Source: Candidatus Krumholzibacteriota bacterium (GTDB lineage Bacteria > Krumholzibacteriota > Krumholzibacteriia > JAJRXK01). Taken from it: 64,000 nt of DNA. A model generated the notes under the pieces. The model had not been told where the DNA came from and ran no database searches. It saw nothing but the letters and a program-made list of their open reading frames with translations. The first letter of the stretch is position 1. Each line of letters starts with the position of its first letter. Below, piece after piece: positions 38,453 through 49,836 of this stretch. The DNA is taken from NCBI GenBank assembly GCA_963727455.1, contig CAVSGG010000005.1, forward strand, positions 96,001 to 160,000. The letters are read 5' to 3'. The translations under genes were made by a program, and so were the position numbers.

Positions 38453-39973
38453 TTGCGACATTCGGAAATCGCTCGCGTCGTCGCGGGCACCCTCGACGGC
38501 CTCTCCGGTCTACGCGTTCAGGTAGAGGTCGATCTCGCGCGCAGTTTGCCCGGTTTCCATCTGGTGGGATTGCCGGGAACTGCGATACGCGAAAGCAGAG
38601 AACGAGTAGGCGCGGCGCTGCGCCATGCAGGCTTTCGTTGGCCGGACCGCCGCATCACGGTCAGTCTTGCGCCCGCCGACCTCCCCAAAGAGGGAGCGGG
38701 AATGGACCTCGCCATCGCCGCGGGAATCCTCTCGGCCAGCCAGCAAATTCCCTCGGTTTCGTCGGCGGTCTTGGAGCATACGCTCCTGGTGGGCGAGTTG
38801 GCACTGGATGGTACGCTGCGGCCGGTGCGGGGTCTTCTGGCACTTGCTCTCGATGCAGCTCAACTCGGTGTCGATCGGCTCGTGGTTCCCTTCGAGCAAC
38901 TCGAGGAAGTGGATGCGGCGCAAGCTACCCGACGCGTTGGGCTCCGTCATCTGCGCGAACTACCGGAGGCCATCCGCGCCCTGGAGCATCTTCGGATCAC
39001 TCGCATTGCGTTTCCCGCCGATGGCGCGGAGCCACCGTCAGATGAACTCAATCTCTCCCAGGTGAAGGGTCAGGAAGAAGCAAAGCGAGCCTTGACGCTG
39101 GCTGCAGCGGGGGGACACCACATGCTCATGGTGGGGCCGCCGGGCTGTGGCAAGACCATGTTGGCGCACCGTCTCTGCACCTTGCTTCCGGCCTTGAGCT
39201 GCGAGCAGCGCGCGGAGCGTCTCCGCGTGGAGTCTTGCGCAGGTTTGGCGATCGACCTCTCCCGCGCCTCCCGGCCACCATTTCGGGCTCCCCACCATAC
39301 CGTGACTGGGGCTGGCCTGACCGGAGGGGGGCGCCCCCCCAAACCGGGGGAGGTGACCTTGGCGCACCGGGGAGTGCTCTTTCTCGATGAAGCGGCTGAG
39401 TTCGACGGACACGTGCTCGATCGTCTACGAGAGCCTCTAGTCACCAAAGAAGTTCGCTTGGCCCGCTTGGGCCGGAGCACTTCTTTTCCCGCAGCCTTCC
39501 AGCTGGTTGCTGCCACCAATCCGTGTCCCTGCGGTTGGCACGGGAGTCGTGTAAAGCAGTGTCAGTGCCGACCCGCACAAATCCATCGCTATCTGCGCCG
39601 GCTCTCCGGTCCCCTGCGTGATCGCATCGAGCTGTGGACGGTGCTCGATCGGGAACCGTCGGAGAAATGGTGGCGCGCCTCCGACCGCGAGTGGGAGGAG
39701 CAGCTTCGTCGGCGCATTTTTGCGGCTCGGCAGCGCGCCCTTACGAGAGGTTCTTTGAACGCGGCACTCGACGGGGATGCACTGAAAGAAGCGTGCGGTC
39801 TGGAAGAGAATGCTCGCCTGTGGCTTCAGAGTTGGGCCGATCGCATGAATCTGAGTCTACGAGCCCTGGCCGGTACCATGAGAGTTGCGCGCACCGTCGC
39901 CGATTTTCGCGGGCGTGACCGTGTGAAGCAGGAGGATCTCGCGGAAGCCCTCGCGTTTCGTCCGCCGGTATGA
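38453..39973 (+). CDS. comM: YifB/ComM Mg-chelatase-like AAA+ ATPase
   Basis: VGLP..ESRERV, GPPGCGKT, PFRAPHH, LAHRGVLFLDE, NPCPCG. Confidence 0.9.
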   Translation: MRHSEIARVVAGTLDGLSGLRVQVEVDLARSLPGFHLVGLPGTAIRESRERVGAALRHAGFRWPDRRITVSLAPADLPKEGAGMDLAIAAGILSASQQIPSVSSAVLEHTLLVGELALDGTLRPVRGLLALALDAAQLGVDRLVVPFEQLEEVDAAQATRRVGLRHLRELPEAIRALEHLRITRIAFPADGAEPPSDELNLSQVKGQEEAKRALTLAAAGGHHMLMVGPPGCGKTMLAHRLCTLLPALSCEQRAERLRVESCAGLAIDLSRASRPPFRAPHHTVTGAGLTGGGRPPKPGEVTLAHRGVLFLDEAAEFDGHVLDRLREPLVTKEVRLARLGRSTSFPAAFQLVAATNPCPCGWHGSRVKQCQCRPAQIHRYLRRLSGPLRDRIELWTVLDREPSEKWWRASDREWEEQLRRRIFAARQRALTRGSLNAALDGDALKEACGLEENARLWLQSWADRMNLSLRALAGTMRVARTVADFRGRDRVKQEDLAEALAFRPPV

Positions 39974-40003
39974 ACCGAGAAGGAATTTCCGTTTCGCGTT
40001 CGC

Positions 40004-40880
40004 TCAGAATGTGGCGACGATTCCGATCGCATACCACAGAGAGGATAGGTTCTCCTTCTGGAAGCCAGCGAACGGCTCTTCCACGCCCTGCGCATCGAGA
40101 TTGGTCACCGGAATGTTGATTTGGCGCGTATCGTCTTGAGGATCGACGACGTTGGACCGGTAGATGGCGTCGCTCCGGATGTTCAGTTTGGAGAAGTAAT
40201 CGCGAACTTCCAGGGTGACCGAGAAGAGATCGTCACCCACGATGCGAATTCCGCCACCGATGCTGTAGGTCAGAGCGGGGCGGGTCTCATTGATGTAGGC
40301 GCTATCGATAAACCAGTACTGCGCCCCGACTCCACCGAGGAGGTAAGGCAGGATTCGTCCTTTTGTCCTCACATTGTAAACCAGAGCGAAATCATGGTAC
40401 CACATGGCCAGCGATCCGCGCTCGAGGTCCGTCTCCAGGAGAATGACATCCCCCTGGTTGCCCGAGATGGATCGTTCGTTGGTGTTGGCCACCGATTGAG
40501 AAAAATCCGCCAGAGTCAAACCGAGGGTTCCTTGCCAGCCCAGGTGACCCCAGTTCCGTGAGATCCGGACTTGTGGGCTGAACGCGGATTTGCCCGTCCA
40601 CTTGCATGTCGCCGAACATCTTACCCTTGGAATTCCATTTCACGACGATCTGATCGGCTTGGAATAGCGTCTGTGCCAGATCCATGAATCCGATCTGGAA
40701 GGACAGTTCCCACTTGTCCGTGTCGATCCCCGCCTCGAAGGGCTTTTCGGTCACGACATCCTCGTCCAGGCTCTCCAAGTCGTCCAGATTGTCGAGATCT
40801 TGGGCCCGGGAAATCCCCGTACTCAAAAGCAAGAAAATGACAAATAGGAGCCATCCCTCGGCGAAGGCGGTTCGGCGCAT
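40004..40880 (-). CDS. Outer-membrane beta-barrel protein; frameshift near 40594
   Basis: Signal peptide in ORF 40392-40886 joins PYLLGGVG, YSIGGGIR, LEVRDY and a C-terminal Phe in ORF 40004-40519. Confidence 0.75.
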
Positions 40881-41076
40881 CGGCAAGTCTCTCCCCGTCT
40901 GACGTGAGATCTCGAGGATCGAGTGAAGGCCGGCGTCTTCGAAGCCGGCGAGAACAGATCTGGCGCATGGGATGAGGATGCATGCCAGGGCCGCTCCAGA
41001 GGTCCAGGAGCCGAAACTCCACCTCCGGCGGCCTACATAAGTACCCCAACGCCCCCACGATTGTCAATGCGAGCCA

Positions 41077-43821
41077 TTGCACAAGCTTGGGTTGTGGAGT
41101 GATATTGAATCGAGGCCCGCGAAAACCGGGAGGGAGAGCGTCATTATCGTTCCTCTACAGTCGAAAGTCCTTGGGAGACTGCTTCTTGGCGCCCTGCTCT
41201 GCTCCTTTGGCGGCATTCAAGCTGCACGGGCCTTTCAGGGCCCCTTCCCCGGCCCGGTCTATGTCAGCAGTCCGGGTGGTCCGGCCTATCTGCTCGTCTC
41301 CGATCTGAATTCGGATGGCATTCCCGATCTGTTGTCCACCTCCCCACGTTTGGGCTCCCTGTTGCTCCACGTAGGTCTGGGGGGTGGGTCCTTCAAGTTG
41401 GCGCAGACCGTGAACGTCGCGGGTACGCCGTACCGTGCGGCGGTGGGAGATCTGGATCATGATGACCGCATCGACCTGGTATGGATCGATCAATCCTCCG
41501 GCATGCTGTACTGGTCCTACGCGAATCCTCCCCCGGGAGTCTCCTTCTCAGGAGGGGGATTTCTGCCCGAAGGAGAGGAAGCGACCGGTCTGGTACTGAC
41601 CGACTTCGACGAGGATGGCTGGCTTGACGCAGTGGTCGCCGTGGGAGGTGGTGACGCCATTGCAATCCACTTCAACGACGGCTCGGGAACCCTGCTCGCG
41701 GGCCAATCCTATGGCGTGGGAGATCGTCCGATGCAGATCCTCACCTCCGTCTCACCTCTGAACGGGGAACCGCGGATCATTCTCGGGCAATCGGGTGTAC
41801 TCTCGCAGAACGTGGCGATCTACGACGGAATTGCGCCCACCATCAGCTCAGGTGATGGCGAGCGGTGCGCCACAGTGGATCGAAGAGGGCCGTTGGGACG
41901 CCGATGCGCTGGACGACCTCTTCCTTGTGGTGCAGGACGGCAGTGAGCTACAGGTCCACCGCGCCCTGACCGACGGCACTTACGAATTCGAACGCAGCAC
42001 TCCTCTGGAACCCGGATCGGTTTCCATGGCCCAGCTCGAACCGATGGCCGGACTGCGACGTCTGATCGTGGGGGAGGCACGCCGGGACCGTTTGACTCTC
42101 TTCGAGGGGGATCCGGGGGTGAGCTTGACGGCACGACGCTCGTGGTTCGTAGGAAGTGGTTACGAGCAGATCCTCGCCGCCGATGTGGATCAAGTCGCAG
42201 GAAAGGAAATTCTGGTTCCTCTTCCTATGACGAATCGATTGCCATCGTTCACCAGAACGGGGAAGGGCTCCTGGCCTACCAATCGGTGAAAGTGGGCGTC
42301 CAGGCGCGGAGCGTGCACTATCTCGGACCGGGACCCGATCACCCCGCTCGGGTCGCCGTATTGCACCAGGTGAACCCCATTTTGCGTATTTTCGAGCCTT
42401 ACGAAGGGTCCCTGCGTCAAGTCCAACAGCTGAACGGAAGTTCCGGACTGAGCCGTCTTCGGTGGAAGGACCTGGACGCAAACGGCCAACCCGATCTGAT
42501 TGCACTGCGCAGCGGTGTCGGGGTGGAGTTTCGACTGGCCGACGACTTCGGTGTCTTCTCGTCGACCGCGCTCATTCCGATCGCGGCGGTGCTCACCGGA
42601 CTCGATGCTGGAGAGATCGACGGTGACGGCAAGGCCGATCTGATCGTGGCCGATCATGACGCCTCGCTCGTGCACATTTTTCTCGGAGATGGTACTGGCA
42701 GCTTCAGTGAAGCTCAGTCGCTGGAGACCGCTCTGCCCCCGGTCCAGGCGGTGCTCAGTGATCTGGATCTCGATGGCTACGACGATCTCATTCTACTGGA
42801 CGGCACGAACTTCCTTTCGATCTTCTACAACGATGGCGGGCACTTCGGTTCTCCCATCCGTCCACTGGTGGGAACCGGCGCCGACCAGATCGTGATCGCG
42901 CGCATGAACGCCGATCAATATCCCGACATTCTGGTGGCGAGCGGAGGCACGCGGAGCAGCTACACCACTTACGTGAGTACCGCAAAGCGCGTCTACTCCG
43001 TGGCGTCCTTGGGAGAGACTACGAAAACAGGGCTCAGCCAGGTGAGCTTGGCGGACATCTCCGAGGATGGAATCGCGGATTTGGTCTTCACTTCGGTGGC
43101 GGTCAAGGGAATTCGTCTTCGTGCTGGCAACGGCGATGGCACTTTCGCCGAAGGGATCTCCTATCCCGGGGCCTCCCTGGTGCTCTCTCTCGGTGTTGGC
43201 GACATCGACGGCGACCAACGCTACGACATCATTCTGCTGGACGGGATTTCGGAGAGCATGCATCTGCTCCTCAGAAACCCACAGCCGATGGTGGACGCTG
43301 CACCGCGCCTGCTCGCGACTCGCACAGAATTGGGAGTGGAGCTACGGACAGAGACCCTGCAGCAGGTCAGGGTCGTCAGGCTGCGCGACGGCTTGTCCAT
43401 CGCATTGCGCGAGGAGGGTGTGGGTGTGTGGCAAGCCCTTGACAACTCGGCCTCAATGGGACCGGAAGAATACTCCTTGCTGGATATTTCAGGAAAGGAA
43501 CTCGACCGCGCCCGAGTAGCGGCATTCACCCGGGCGACCACGCAAGTTCGCCTGGCGGCGCCCTTTCCCAATCCTTCGAGCAGCACGGTTCACGTCCGCT
43601 TTCGTGCCGCGCCCGATACTTCACCGCGCGTGCGGCTCATTGACGCCCGCGGCCGCGTGGTCGCGCAGCTGGCAGTGGGACTCGGAGTCGACGGATGGTA
43701 CCAAGGCACTTGGGATGGACTCGACACTCGGGGCCGGAGAGTCGCTCGAGGACGCTACCACGTGGATCTCGAAGTGGCGGGACGGCACATGAGCCGCCCG
43801 CTCACGTGGTTGGGACCTTGA
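41077..43821 (+). CDS. FG-GAP/VCBS repeat secreted protein with FlgD-Ig/T9SS-type C-terminal domain; frameshifts near 41850 and 42225
   Basis: DxxxDGxxDL repeats continue across three frames; C-terminal PFPNPS...DARGRVVAQL...WDGLDTRGRRVARGRY. Confidence 0.8.
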
Positions 43822-44746
43822 GTTCGGGGGGGACGTAGGTCACTTCTTCTTCGAGTTCGATTCCGAACTGTTCGCGAACGCGACGTTTCATTTCGGCGGC
43901 AAGCTCGAGGACCTCGCGCGCGGTGGCGCCACCGGCATTGATGATGATGTTCGCGTGCTTGTGAAAGACCGCTGCGCCCCCCACCCGCAGAGACTTGGCT
44001 CCAACCTCTTCCAACAACTTGCCAGCCGGGATGCGCCGATCGTTCGGATCCAAGGGAGGAACGTTCTTGAAATAGCTACCGGCGCAGGGCTCGCCTTGAG
44101 GATGCTTGCGCTCGCGGAGTTTCACGTTCTTGCGAATCGTGGCTTCGCTCTGCTTGAGATTTCCCTCGTTGAGATGAAGCGCGAGGTCCACGAGCACGTT
44201 GCCATTGCGCTTGAGTGCGCTCTCGCGGTAGGCGAATTCGAAGGCGGCCGGTCCGACCTCGACAACCCGGCCGTCCTTCTCGATCCACCGCGCGGTGACC
44301 AGAAAATCGCCGATGGACTGGCCGTAGCAGCCGGCGTTGCCCCACACCGCGCCCCCGACCGTGCCGGGAATTCCCGCCGCGAATTCCAGACCGCTGAGGC
44401 CCATTTCCACGCTCTGAAGGATCAACTCGTGGAATCCCACCCCCGACTCGACCCGAAGCAAGCGGTCTTCGTAAGTTCTTTGGGTCATGCGATCGGCAAT
44501 CACGAGCGCTCTCAGCCCCGCGTCGTCGAAGAGCAGATTGCTGCCGCCACCCATGAGGAAAGTCGGTATCTTTAGCTCACGGGCCGCGGCCAGAAGTTCG
44601 GCCAAGAGGACGCGGTCCTCGACTTCGACGAAACGATCGGCGTTACCGCCAATTTTGAAGGTGGTATGGGGGGCAATTGGGTGGTCTCTTTGGAGGCGGC
44701 CCGGGAATCTCTCATCGAGTTCGGAGTATTGAATAGGTGTGCGCAT
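43802..44746 (-). CDS. murB: UDP-N-acetylenolpyruvoylglucosamine reductase
   Basis: TTFKIGG, GGGSN, GIPGTVGGA..NAG, AGSYFKN, KHANII, LEEEV. Confidence 0.93.
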   Translation of the reverse strand: MRTPIQYSELDERFPGRLQRDHPIAPHTTFKIGGNADRFVEVEDRVLLAELLAAARELKIPTFLMGGGSNLLFDDAGLRALVIADRMTQRTYEDRLLRVESGVGFHELILQSVEMGLSGLEFAAGIPGTVGGAVWGNAGCYGQSIGDFLVTARWIEKDGRVVEVGPAAFEFAYRESALKRNGNVLVDLALHLNEGNLKQSEATIRKNVKLRERKHPQGEPCAGSYFKNVPPLDPNDRRIPAGKLLEEVGAKSLRVGGAAVFHKHANIIINAGGATAREVLELAAEMKRRVREQFGIELEEEVTYVPPELKVPTT

Positions 44747-44828
44747 GGACCCCGAAGTGGCGAAACCGGGCATTAGATTACACCCTGAGGGAGACTTCGA
44801 GCCGCCAGCTTAGAGAGGACCCCAGAGC

Positions 44829-45923
44829 TTGTCAATCCGACCGGCAAATGAGCGTGAGCGGAACGAATCCGCGGGGAGCGAGGCGAGGGTCTGGCTGTGG
44901 GCATTCTTGCTCACTCTTTTTCTGCACGCTTCCGTGTTGTCCCTGCTCGTGGTGTTGCGACCGTTCGAACCAAAACCGGTCGAGGCCAAAGAGCCGGAGC
45001 CCATCCGTATGGTTTTCCGGCAGAACGAGGCAAAGACCTCGCCTCCGGCCCCGCAACGCGAACCGGAGAAGCAAAAGACTTTCACCGAACTCCCATCCGA
45101 CCGTCAGGACAAACCTCCTGACCCTGAGAACCAGGCTCCCGAGCAGACCGATCTGATCAGCAACGTCGATAGCCGTGCGCGGGATCAAGTGTCGGGTGGG
45201 GAGAAAGGGGCCATGCCTCGGATGACCGGTGATTCGGAAATTCGCCAAGTGGGGATGCGCCCCAGTTCGGTCGGCGAGCTCGCTGCTTCCGCCGGAGAGG
45301 CCAATCCGAAGGGAGAGGCAGAGGCCGAATCCCCAGAGGAGCGTCACACCCCCACCGTGGGCGGAAAGCAAAACCTGCCTGCTTCCGTAGATCAGAAGAA
45401 CGGGAAGGACGAGCGCGAGTCCTCACTGAAGGGGAATCCGCAGGGCGAGCTCGAACGAAGGAAGTCCGCGCGCGATCTCACCCAGGATCTACTACGAGAA
45501 CAGGGCCGGACGCCTCGCCTGCTGCACCCCGACAAGGGGATGCAGGACATCTTCCAGGAGGAGATGCACAACCCCGGGGGCAACACCGCGCTCTTCGGCG
45601 ATATCAGTCTGAACACCCTGGAATGGGCTTGGGCTCCCTGGCTCCAGCGATTCCGTCGCGACTTCGTGAGGAACTGGGTGGCACCCTACGCGTACTATTT
45701 GGGTCTGATCGACGGTTACACGGTCGTCGAGCTGGAAATCGCGCCCGATGGGCGGATGCTGCGCCTGGACGTACTCGATGAGAAAGGACACGAATCCCTG
45801 GGCCAGAACAGCGTAGCCGCGTTCAAAGCGACCGCCCCGTTTCGGCCGCTGCCCGAAGGATTCCCCGAACCCTCTCTCGTGCTGCGAATCAAGCTCATCT
45901 ATCCCCCTCTACACCGGCGCTGA
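44829..45923 (+). CDS. TonB/TolA-like energy transducer
   Basis: N-terminal TM helix with TLFLH, Pro/Glu-rich linker, C-terminal TonB-like domain APFRPLP. Confidence 0.75.
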   Translation: MSIRPANERERNESAGSEARVWLWAFLLTLFLHASVLSLLVVLRPFEPKPVEAKEPEPIRMVFRQNEAKTSPPAPQREPEKQKTFTELPSDRQDKPPDPENQAPEQTDLISNVDSRARDQVSGGEKGAMPRMTGDSEIRQVGMRPSSVGELAASAGEANPKGEAEAESPEERHTPTVGGKQNLPASVDQKNGKDERESSLKGNPQGELERRKSARDLTQDLLREQGRTPRLLHPDKGMQDIFQEEMHNPGGNTALFGDISLNTLEWAWAPWLQRFRRDFVRNWVAPYAYYLGLIDGYTVVELEIAPDGRMLRLDVLDEKGHESLGQNSVAAFKATAPFRPLPEGFPEPSLVLRIKLIYPPLHRR

Positions 45924-46020
45924 GGCCCGGGTAGGACGCGAGCCCGCCCGCTTGCCAGCGGCTGCCCTTGCCCCTATGGTGGGGGCCGAATTCACTCGAT
46001 GATCGCCTGGAGCGCGACAG

Positions 46021-46677
46021 ATGATAGATAGCCTTCTCAGTGCCGGCCCCGTGATGATCCCGCTCGCGCTCTGCAGTTTGCTCGCTGGGACCATAGCAGT
46101 GGAGCGTGTCCTTGCGCTGCGCCGGTCCCGCGTTCTTCCCAAGGAAATCGTGGAAGTGGTCGAGTCGGTGCAAGCGGGCAAGGATCTCTCGGTCGCCATC
46201 GAGATTTGCCGGCGTAATCCCGGTGTGTTCAGCCACATCATGCGCGAGGGTCTGGAGAAGGCCAACGAGCCCTGGCAGGAGATGCGGGATGCAGTCATCG
46301 ACACCGGCCGCCAAGAGACCCCGCAGCTCGAGCGAAATCTGGTGTGGCTGGAGACCATTGCCCAGGCCGCACCGCTCCTGGGGCTTTTGGGCACCGTCCT
46401 GGGGATGATCAAGGTGTTCGGAGCGATTTCGGTCACGGGTTTGGGCAACCCCCAGGCTCTGAGCGAGGGTATCAGCGAAGCCATGATCACCACCGCGGTT
46501 GGCTTGGCCATCGGAATTCCCACCCTGATTGCGCACAATCTGGTGGCCTCCCGCGCCGCCAACCTCATCACCGAGATCGAAGCCTACGCCTCTCGCCTCG
46601 TCACTCGCCTGCGTCACGGAGATGAGGCAGTCTCCGGGCTGCAACCGGTTGAGTTCCACCGGGGGGTCGAAGCGTGA
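46021..46677 (+). CDS. exbB: MotA/TolQ/ExbB proton channel
   Basis: APLLGLLGTVLGMI, GISEAMITTAVGL. Confidence 0.9.
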   Translation: MIDSLLSAGPVMIPLALCSLLAGTIAVERVLALRRSRVLPKEIVEVVESVQAGKDLSVAIEICRRNPGVFSHIMREGLEKANEPWQEMRDAVIDTGRQETPQLERNLVWLETIAQAAPLLGLLGTVLGMIKVFGAISVTGLGNPQALSEGISEAMITTAVGLAIGIPTLIAHNLVASRAANLITEIEAYASRLVTRLRHGDEAVSGLQPVEFHRGVEA

Positions 46678-47117
46678 GCGAGATGGTCTTTCGCGAGCGC
46701 AAGAAGCGCTCGAACGTCACGCTGAACGTCACCTCGCTCGTCGACGTGCTCTTCTTGCTTCTGATCTTTTTCATGGTCACCGGGACTTTCAAACGAGCGG
46801 GGGAGATGCAATTGGATCTCCCTGAGTCTTCCACCTCTACACCACGCTCCGAGGGCGCGGAGAGCTATCAGAGCACACTAGTTTTGCGCCAGGACGGCAC
46901 AGTTTTACTGAATGACCAGCAAGTCGACCTCTCGCAGTTGGCCACGAAACTCAAGCAGCTGGCCGCACAGGACGCAAAGGCGAGCATTCTACTCAACGCC
47001 GAAGCGGGGGCGCGTTACGGGGATGCGATTCATCTCATGGACCTGGTGCGTGAGGCGGGCTTCGGTGGGGTCTCCGTCGGCACGCAGCTCAAGACCTTCC
47101 GGGACGAGAAACCATGA
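46674..47117 (+). CDS. exbD: ExbD/TolR biopolymer transport protein
   Basis: NVTSLVDVLFLLLIFFMV. Confidence 0.9.
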   Translation: MSEMVFRERKKRSNVTLNVTSLVDVLFLLLIFFMVTGTFKRAGEMQLDLPESSTSTPRSEGAESYQSTLVLRQDGTVLLNDQQVDLSQLATKLKQLAAQDAKASILLNAEAGARYGDAIHLMDLVREAGFGGVSVGTQLKTFRDEKP

Positions 47118-48565
47118 GAGAGAGTCTTCGCCCACTGCACGGTGGACGCCTCTTGCTGCTCGCGAGCGCGGTGCTGGTGCTCTTGGCCTTTGGCTGCAGC
47201 AGCAGCGAGTTCGGTCCCACCGGTTCCGATCTTCCCGCCGATGTGAGCCAGGACAGCCTCGCGATTCCGCTCACGGTGACGGGGACCGCACAAGAACAAC
47301 GCTTCGATATGCCGCTGCTGGATCCGCCGCAGGGAGCTCCCATCAACGAGCGGGAATTTTTGTATTTTGGTACGAGGTCGAACGTAGGCCTGAAGGCAAC
47401 GCCATTCATTCAATTCGACTTTAGCGACATCCGACAGGCCGCGTTGGATTCCCTTCAGGCGGAACCGGATCAAATCCTCGAACTCAATCTCACACTCCGA
47501 ATGGGGAAGTACGACGACAAGCAAGCGATGCACGTGGGCATCTACGAACTCTCATCCCCGCTCGATTCCACCATGGTCGAGGATCCAGTTGCCACTCATC
47601 TCGGAGAGGAGCTGGGCGAGTTCTTGAGCTTGGGAGGGGAAACGCATGTTATCGACCTGCTCGAGGGTAGGGACCCGGGCGACGCTCTCGCCTTGAAGCA
47701 AAAGATTGTGAGCTGGATGGTGGCCGGGAAGCACAACGGGATCGCACTCGTCGATCTCGACAGCGAGACTCCACTGGTTTCGGCCGCTGCCCGACAATTC
47801 AATCTAAGCGCTCACCAGTTTCTGCTCTGGGATACGCCGCCCGAGGATCGCCCCGAGGTGAAGGGCACCTTTGTCGTGTATCCCATCTTCAGTATCGATT
47901 ATTGCAAAGGCTGTGCTCCAGAAGCGAAGGACAATGGATTTATTTTTGGTACGAAGCAGGATCTGACCGTGTTTGAACGCTCGCAGCCCTCAAGCAAGCT
48001 GGTTCTCGCTAGCCATCTCGCGCGCCGCGTGTGGCTCAATTTCGATCTCTCCTCCATACCGCCAGCCGCAACGATCAACAGTGCGGAGTTGGTGCTGCAC
48101 ATCGACAAAGATCACCTGGTTGCAGGGGGGGTACCCGGAGAGTTGGTTTCTCCGATCCCGGATTCCCCCAGCGCAGAGGAATCTGCACGCGCCACGGGGG
48201 ATCGTACTTTCGACAACAGTACTCTCACTCCCATCAGCCTCAGCGCTGTGGTCTATGAGGCCAGCGCACAGGATTCCACCACTGTTGGGCTTCCTCAAGT
48301 TCTCGATGCTTTAACCACACTCCGCCCCGATGTGATTCTGAGCGGGAGCTTGGAAACTGACACTCAGCTGCGCGTAAACATCGCCGATTACACGCAGCGC
48401 TTGGTGAACGGGATCTTCGGGAGCGATCCGCCGGGGCTCTTGTTGGCCTTCGCGAACGAACAACTGGAATATTTCGAAGTTCCCTTCTTCGATAGCACCG
48501 CCAGCGATTCGCTCAGGCCGCGCGTTGAGATCCGCTTCACTCCACCCGCGGACTTCGGGAATTGA
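47114..48565 (+). CDS. Hypothetical lipoprotein
   Basis: Lipobox AFGC; FDLSSIP..ATINSAEL and RPRVEIRF motifs; overlaps both neighbouring genes. Confidence 0.75.
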   Translation: MRESLRPLHGGRLLLLASAVLVLLAFGCSSSEFGPTGSDLPADVSQDSLAIPLTVTGTAQEQRFDMPLLDPPQGAPINEREFLYFGTRSNVGLKATPFIQFDFSDIRQAALDSLQAEPDQILELNLTLRMGKYDDKQAMHVGIYELSSPLDSTMVEDPVATHLGEELGEFLSLGGETHVIDLLEGRDPGDALALKQKIVSWMVAGKHNGIALVDLDSETPLVSAAARQFNLSAHQFLLWDTPPEDRPEVKGTFVVYPIFSIDYCKGCAPEAKDNGFIFGTKQDLTVFERSQPSSKLVLASHLARRVWLNFDLSSIPPAATINSAELVLHIDKDHLVAGGVPGELVSPIPDSPSAEESARATGDRTFDNSTLTPISLSAVVYEASAQDSTTVGLPQVLDALTTLRPDVILSGSLETDTQLRVNIADYTQRLVNGIFGSDPPGLLLAFANEQLEYFEVPFFDSTASDSLRPRVEIRFTPPADFGN

Positions 48566-49791
48566 GGATGCAGAAGATGCCCGCATTCCGAGGGGACACA
48601 CGAGTGATCGGCGCAGCTCGTCTCGCCGTCGTGCTCCTGCTCGCGAGCGCTTTCGCGTGGGTTGATGTCGCGCGCGCCGATTCGATCTTCAACCAATCCT
48701 ATTTCGGCGGCGACTCTTCGATGACCGATGCGCGCGCCGAAGGACGCGGGGGCGCCAACCTGGGCTACACCGACTCGTTGAACGCCAACATCGGGATTCC
48801 CACGCAACTCTTGGATCTCAAACGCGTCACCTTCACGCTCACCTCGAATTGGGGACGCACCAATTCCAAAGACGAATACGGCTCGGTCAAACGCTACGAT
48901 ATTGTCAATCCGACTTTGCGTGTGGGGATGCCTCTGGGCTCGCGTATGGGCTTCGGCATGGGTTTCGTCGCCCGGCGCAGCGCGCAGTGGACCATCGTGC
49001 GACCCGCGGCCGCCAGCGCGGATACACTGCCCTCGCCGGAGACCCTGGAGCGCGAGGGCACCCTCTTCGACTTTCCCTTCGAGCTCGGGGTGCGAGTGCA
49101 TCGCCATCTGCGGGTAGGGGTCGGTTTGTTGCTGGTTCGCGGGACTTTACGGCAGCGCTATTCGGCAGTCGTCCCCGGAGCCGGGGCCGATCCCGCCGAC
49201 GTGCGCGAGGACGTTTTCTCCGGTGATGCAGCCAAATTCGCGCTCGGGTTGTATGATATAGGACCAGCGACGGTGACCGGTTTCTATGTGCCGCAATACG
49301 GCGCGAAGGTCGACATTCGGGTCCGCGGCGTCTCCAAGGACTCGCGCCGGGACGACCATCGAGTCGATACTCTCCCGGCTCGAATGGGAGTGGGAACGCG
49401 GATCGATCTCCCTGGGAGACTGAGCTGGGGCGCCGATTACCTTCGTGAGTACTGGTCGAAGTACGAGGGCCGTCAGATTTATGAGGGCCACATGCAGGAC
49501 GAGTGGTCCATCCACACCGGACTGGAGTTCGAGGAGCGGGGTGTGGGAAGGCGGCGCAAAGCGCCGTGGCGCGTGGGCTATTGGTACCGCAGCTGGAACT
49601 ATGCTCTGCAGGGGGAGCAGGTGACGGAGTGGGCCGCAAGTTTGGGAACGAGCCTACGGCTTCTGGGTCCGTACACGAGAGCTGACGTGGCTCTGCAGTA
49701 CGGGAAGGTGGGTTCGATGGATCGAAACGGCGCGTCCGAGAGTTTTTTCCGCTTGGTGGTCTCGATCACTGGCGGCGAAAAATGGTATTGA
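48562..49791 (+). CDS. Outer-membrane beta-barrel, FadL/OmpP1/PorV-like
   Basis: Signal peptide, ARAEGRGGA plug motif, alternating beta-strands, aromatic C-terminus EKWY. Confidence 0.7.
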   Translation: MRMQKMPAFRGDTRVIGAARLAVVLLLASAFAWVDVARADSIFNQSYFGGDSSMTDARAEGRGGANLGYTDSLNANIGIPTQLLDLKRVTFTLTSNWGRTNSKDEYGSVKRYDIVNPTLRVGMPLGSRMGFGMGFVARRSAQWTIVRPAAASADTLPSPETLEREGTLFDFPFELGVRVHRHLRVGVGLLLVRGTLRQRYSAVVPGAGADPADVREDVFSGDAAKFALGLYDIGPATVTGFYVPQYGAKVDIRVRGVSKDSRRDDHRVDTLPARMGVGTRIDLPGRLSWGADYLREYWSKYEGRQIYEGHMQDEWSIHTGLEFEERGVGRRRKAPWRVGYWYRSWNYALQGEQVTEWAASLGTSLRLLGPYTRADVALQYGKVGSMDRNGASESFFRLVVSITGGEKWY

Positions 49792-49836
49792 GCAGAATTC
49801 CCGTCGACTAGCTGAGACGGGGCCAGGGAGTGAATC

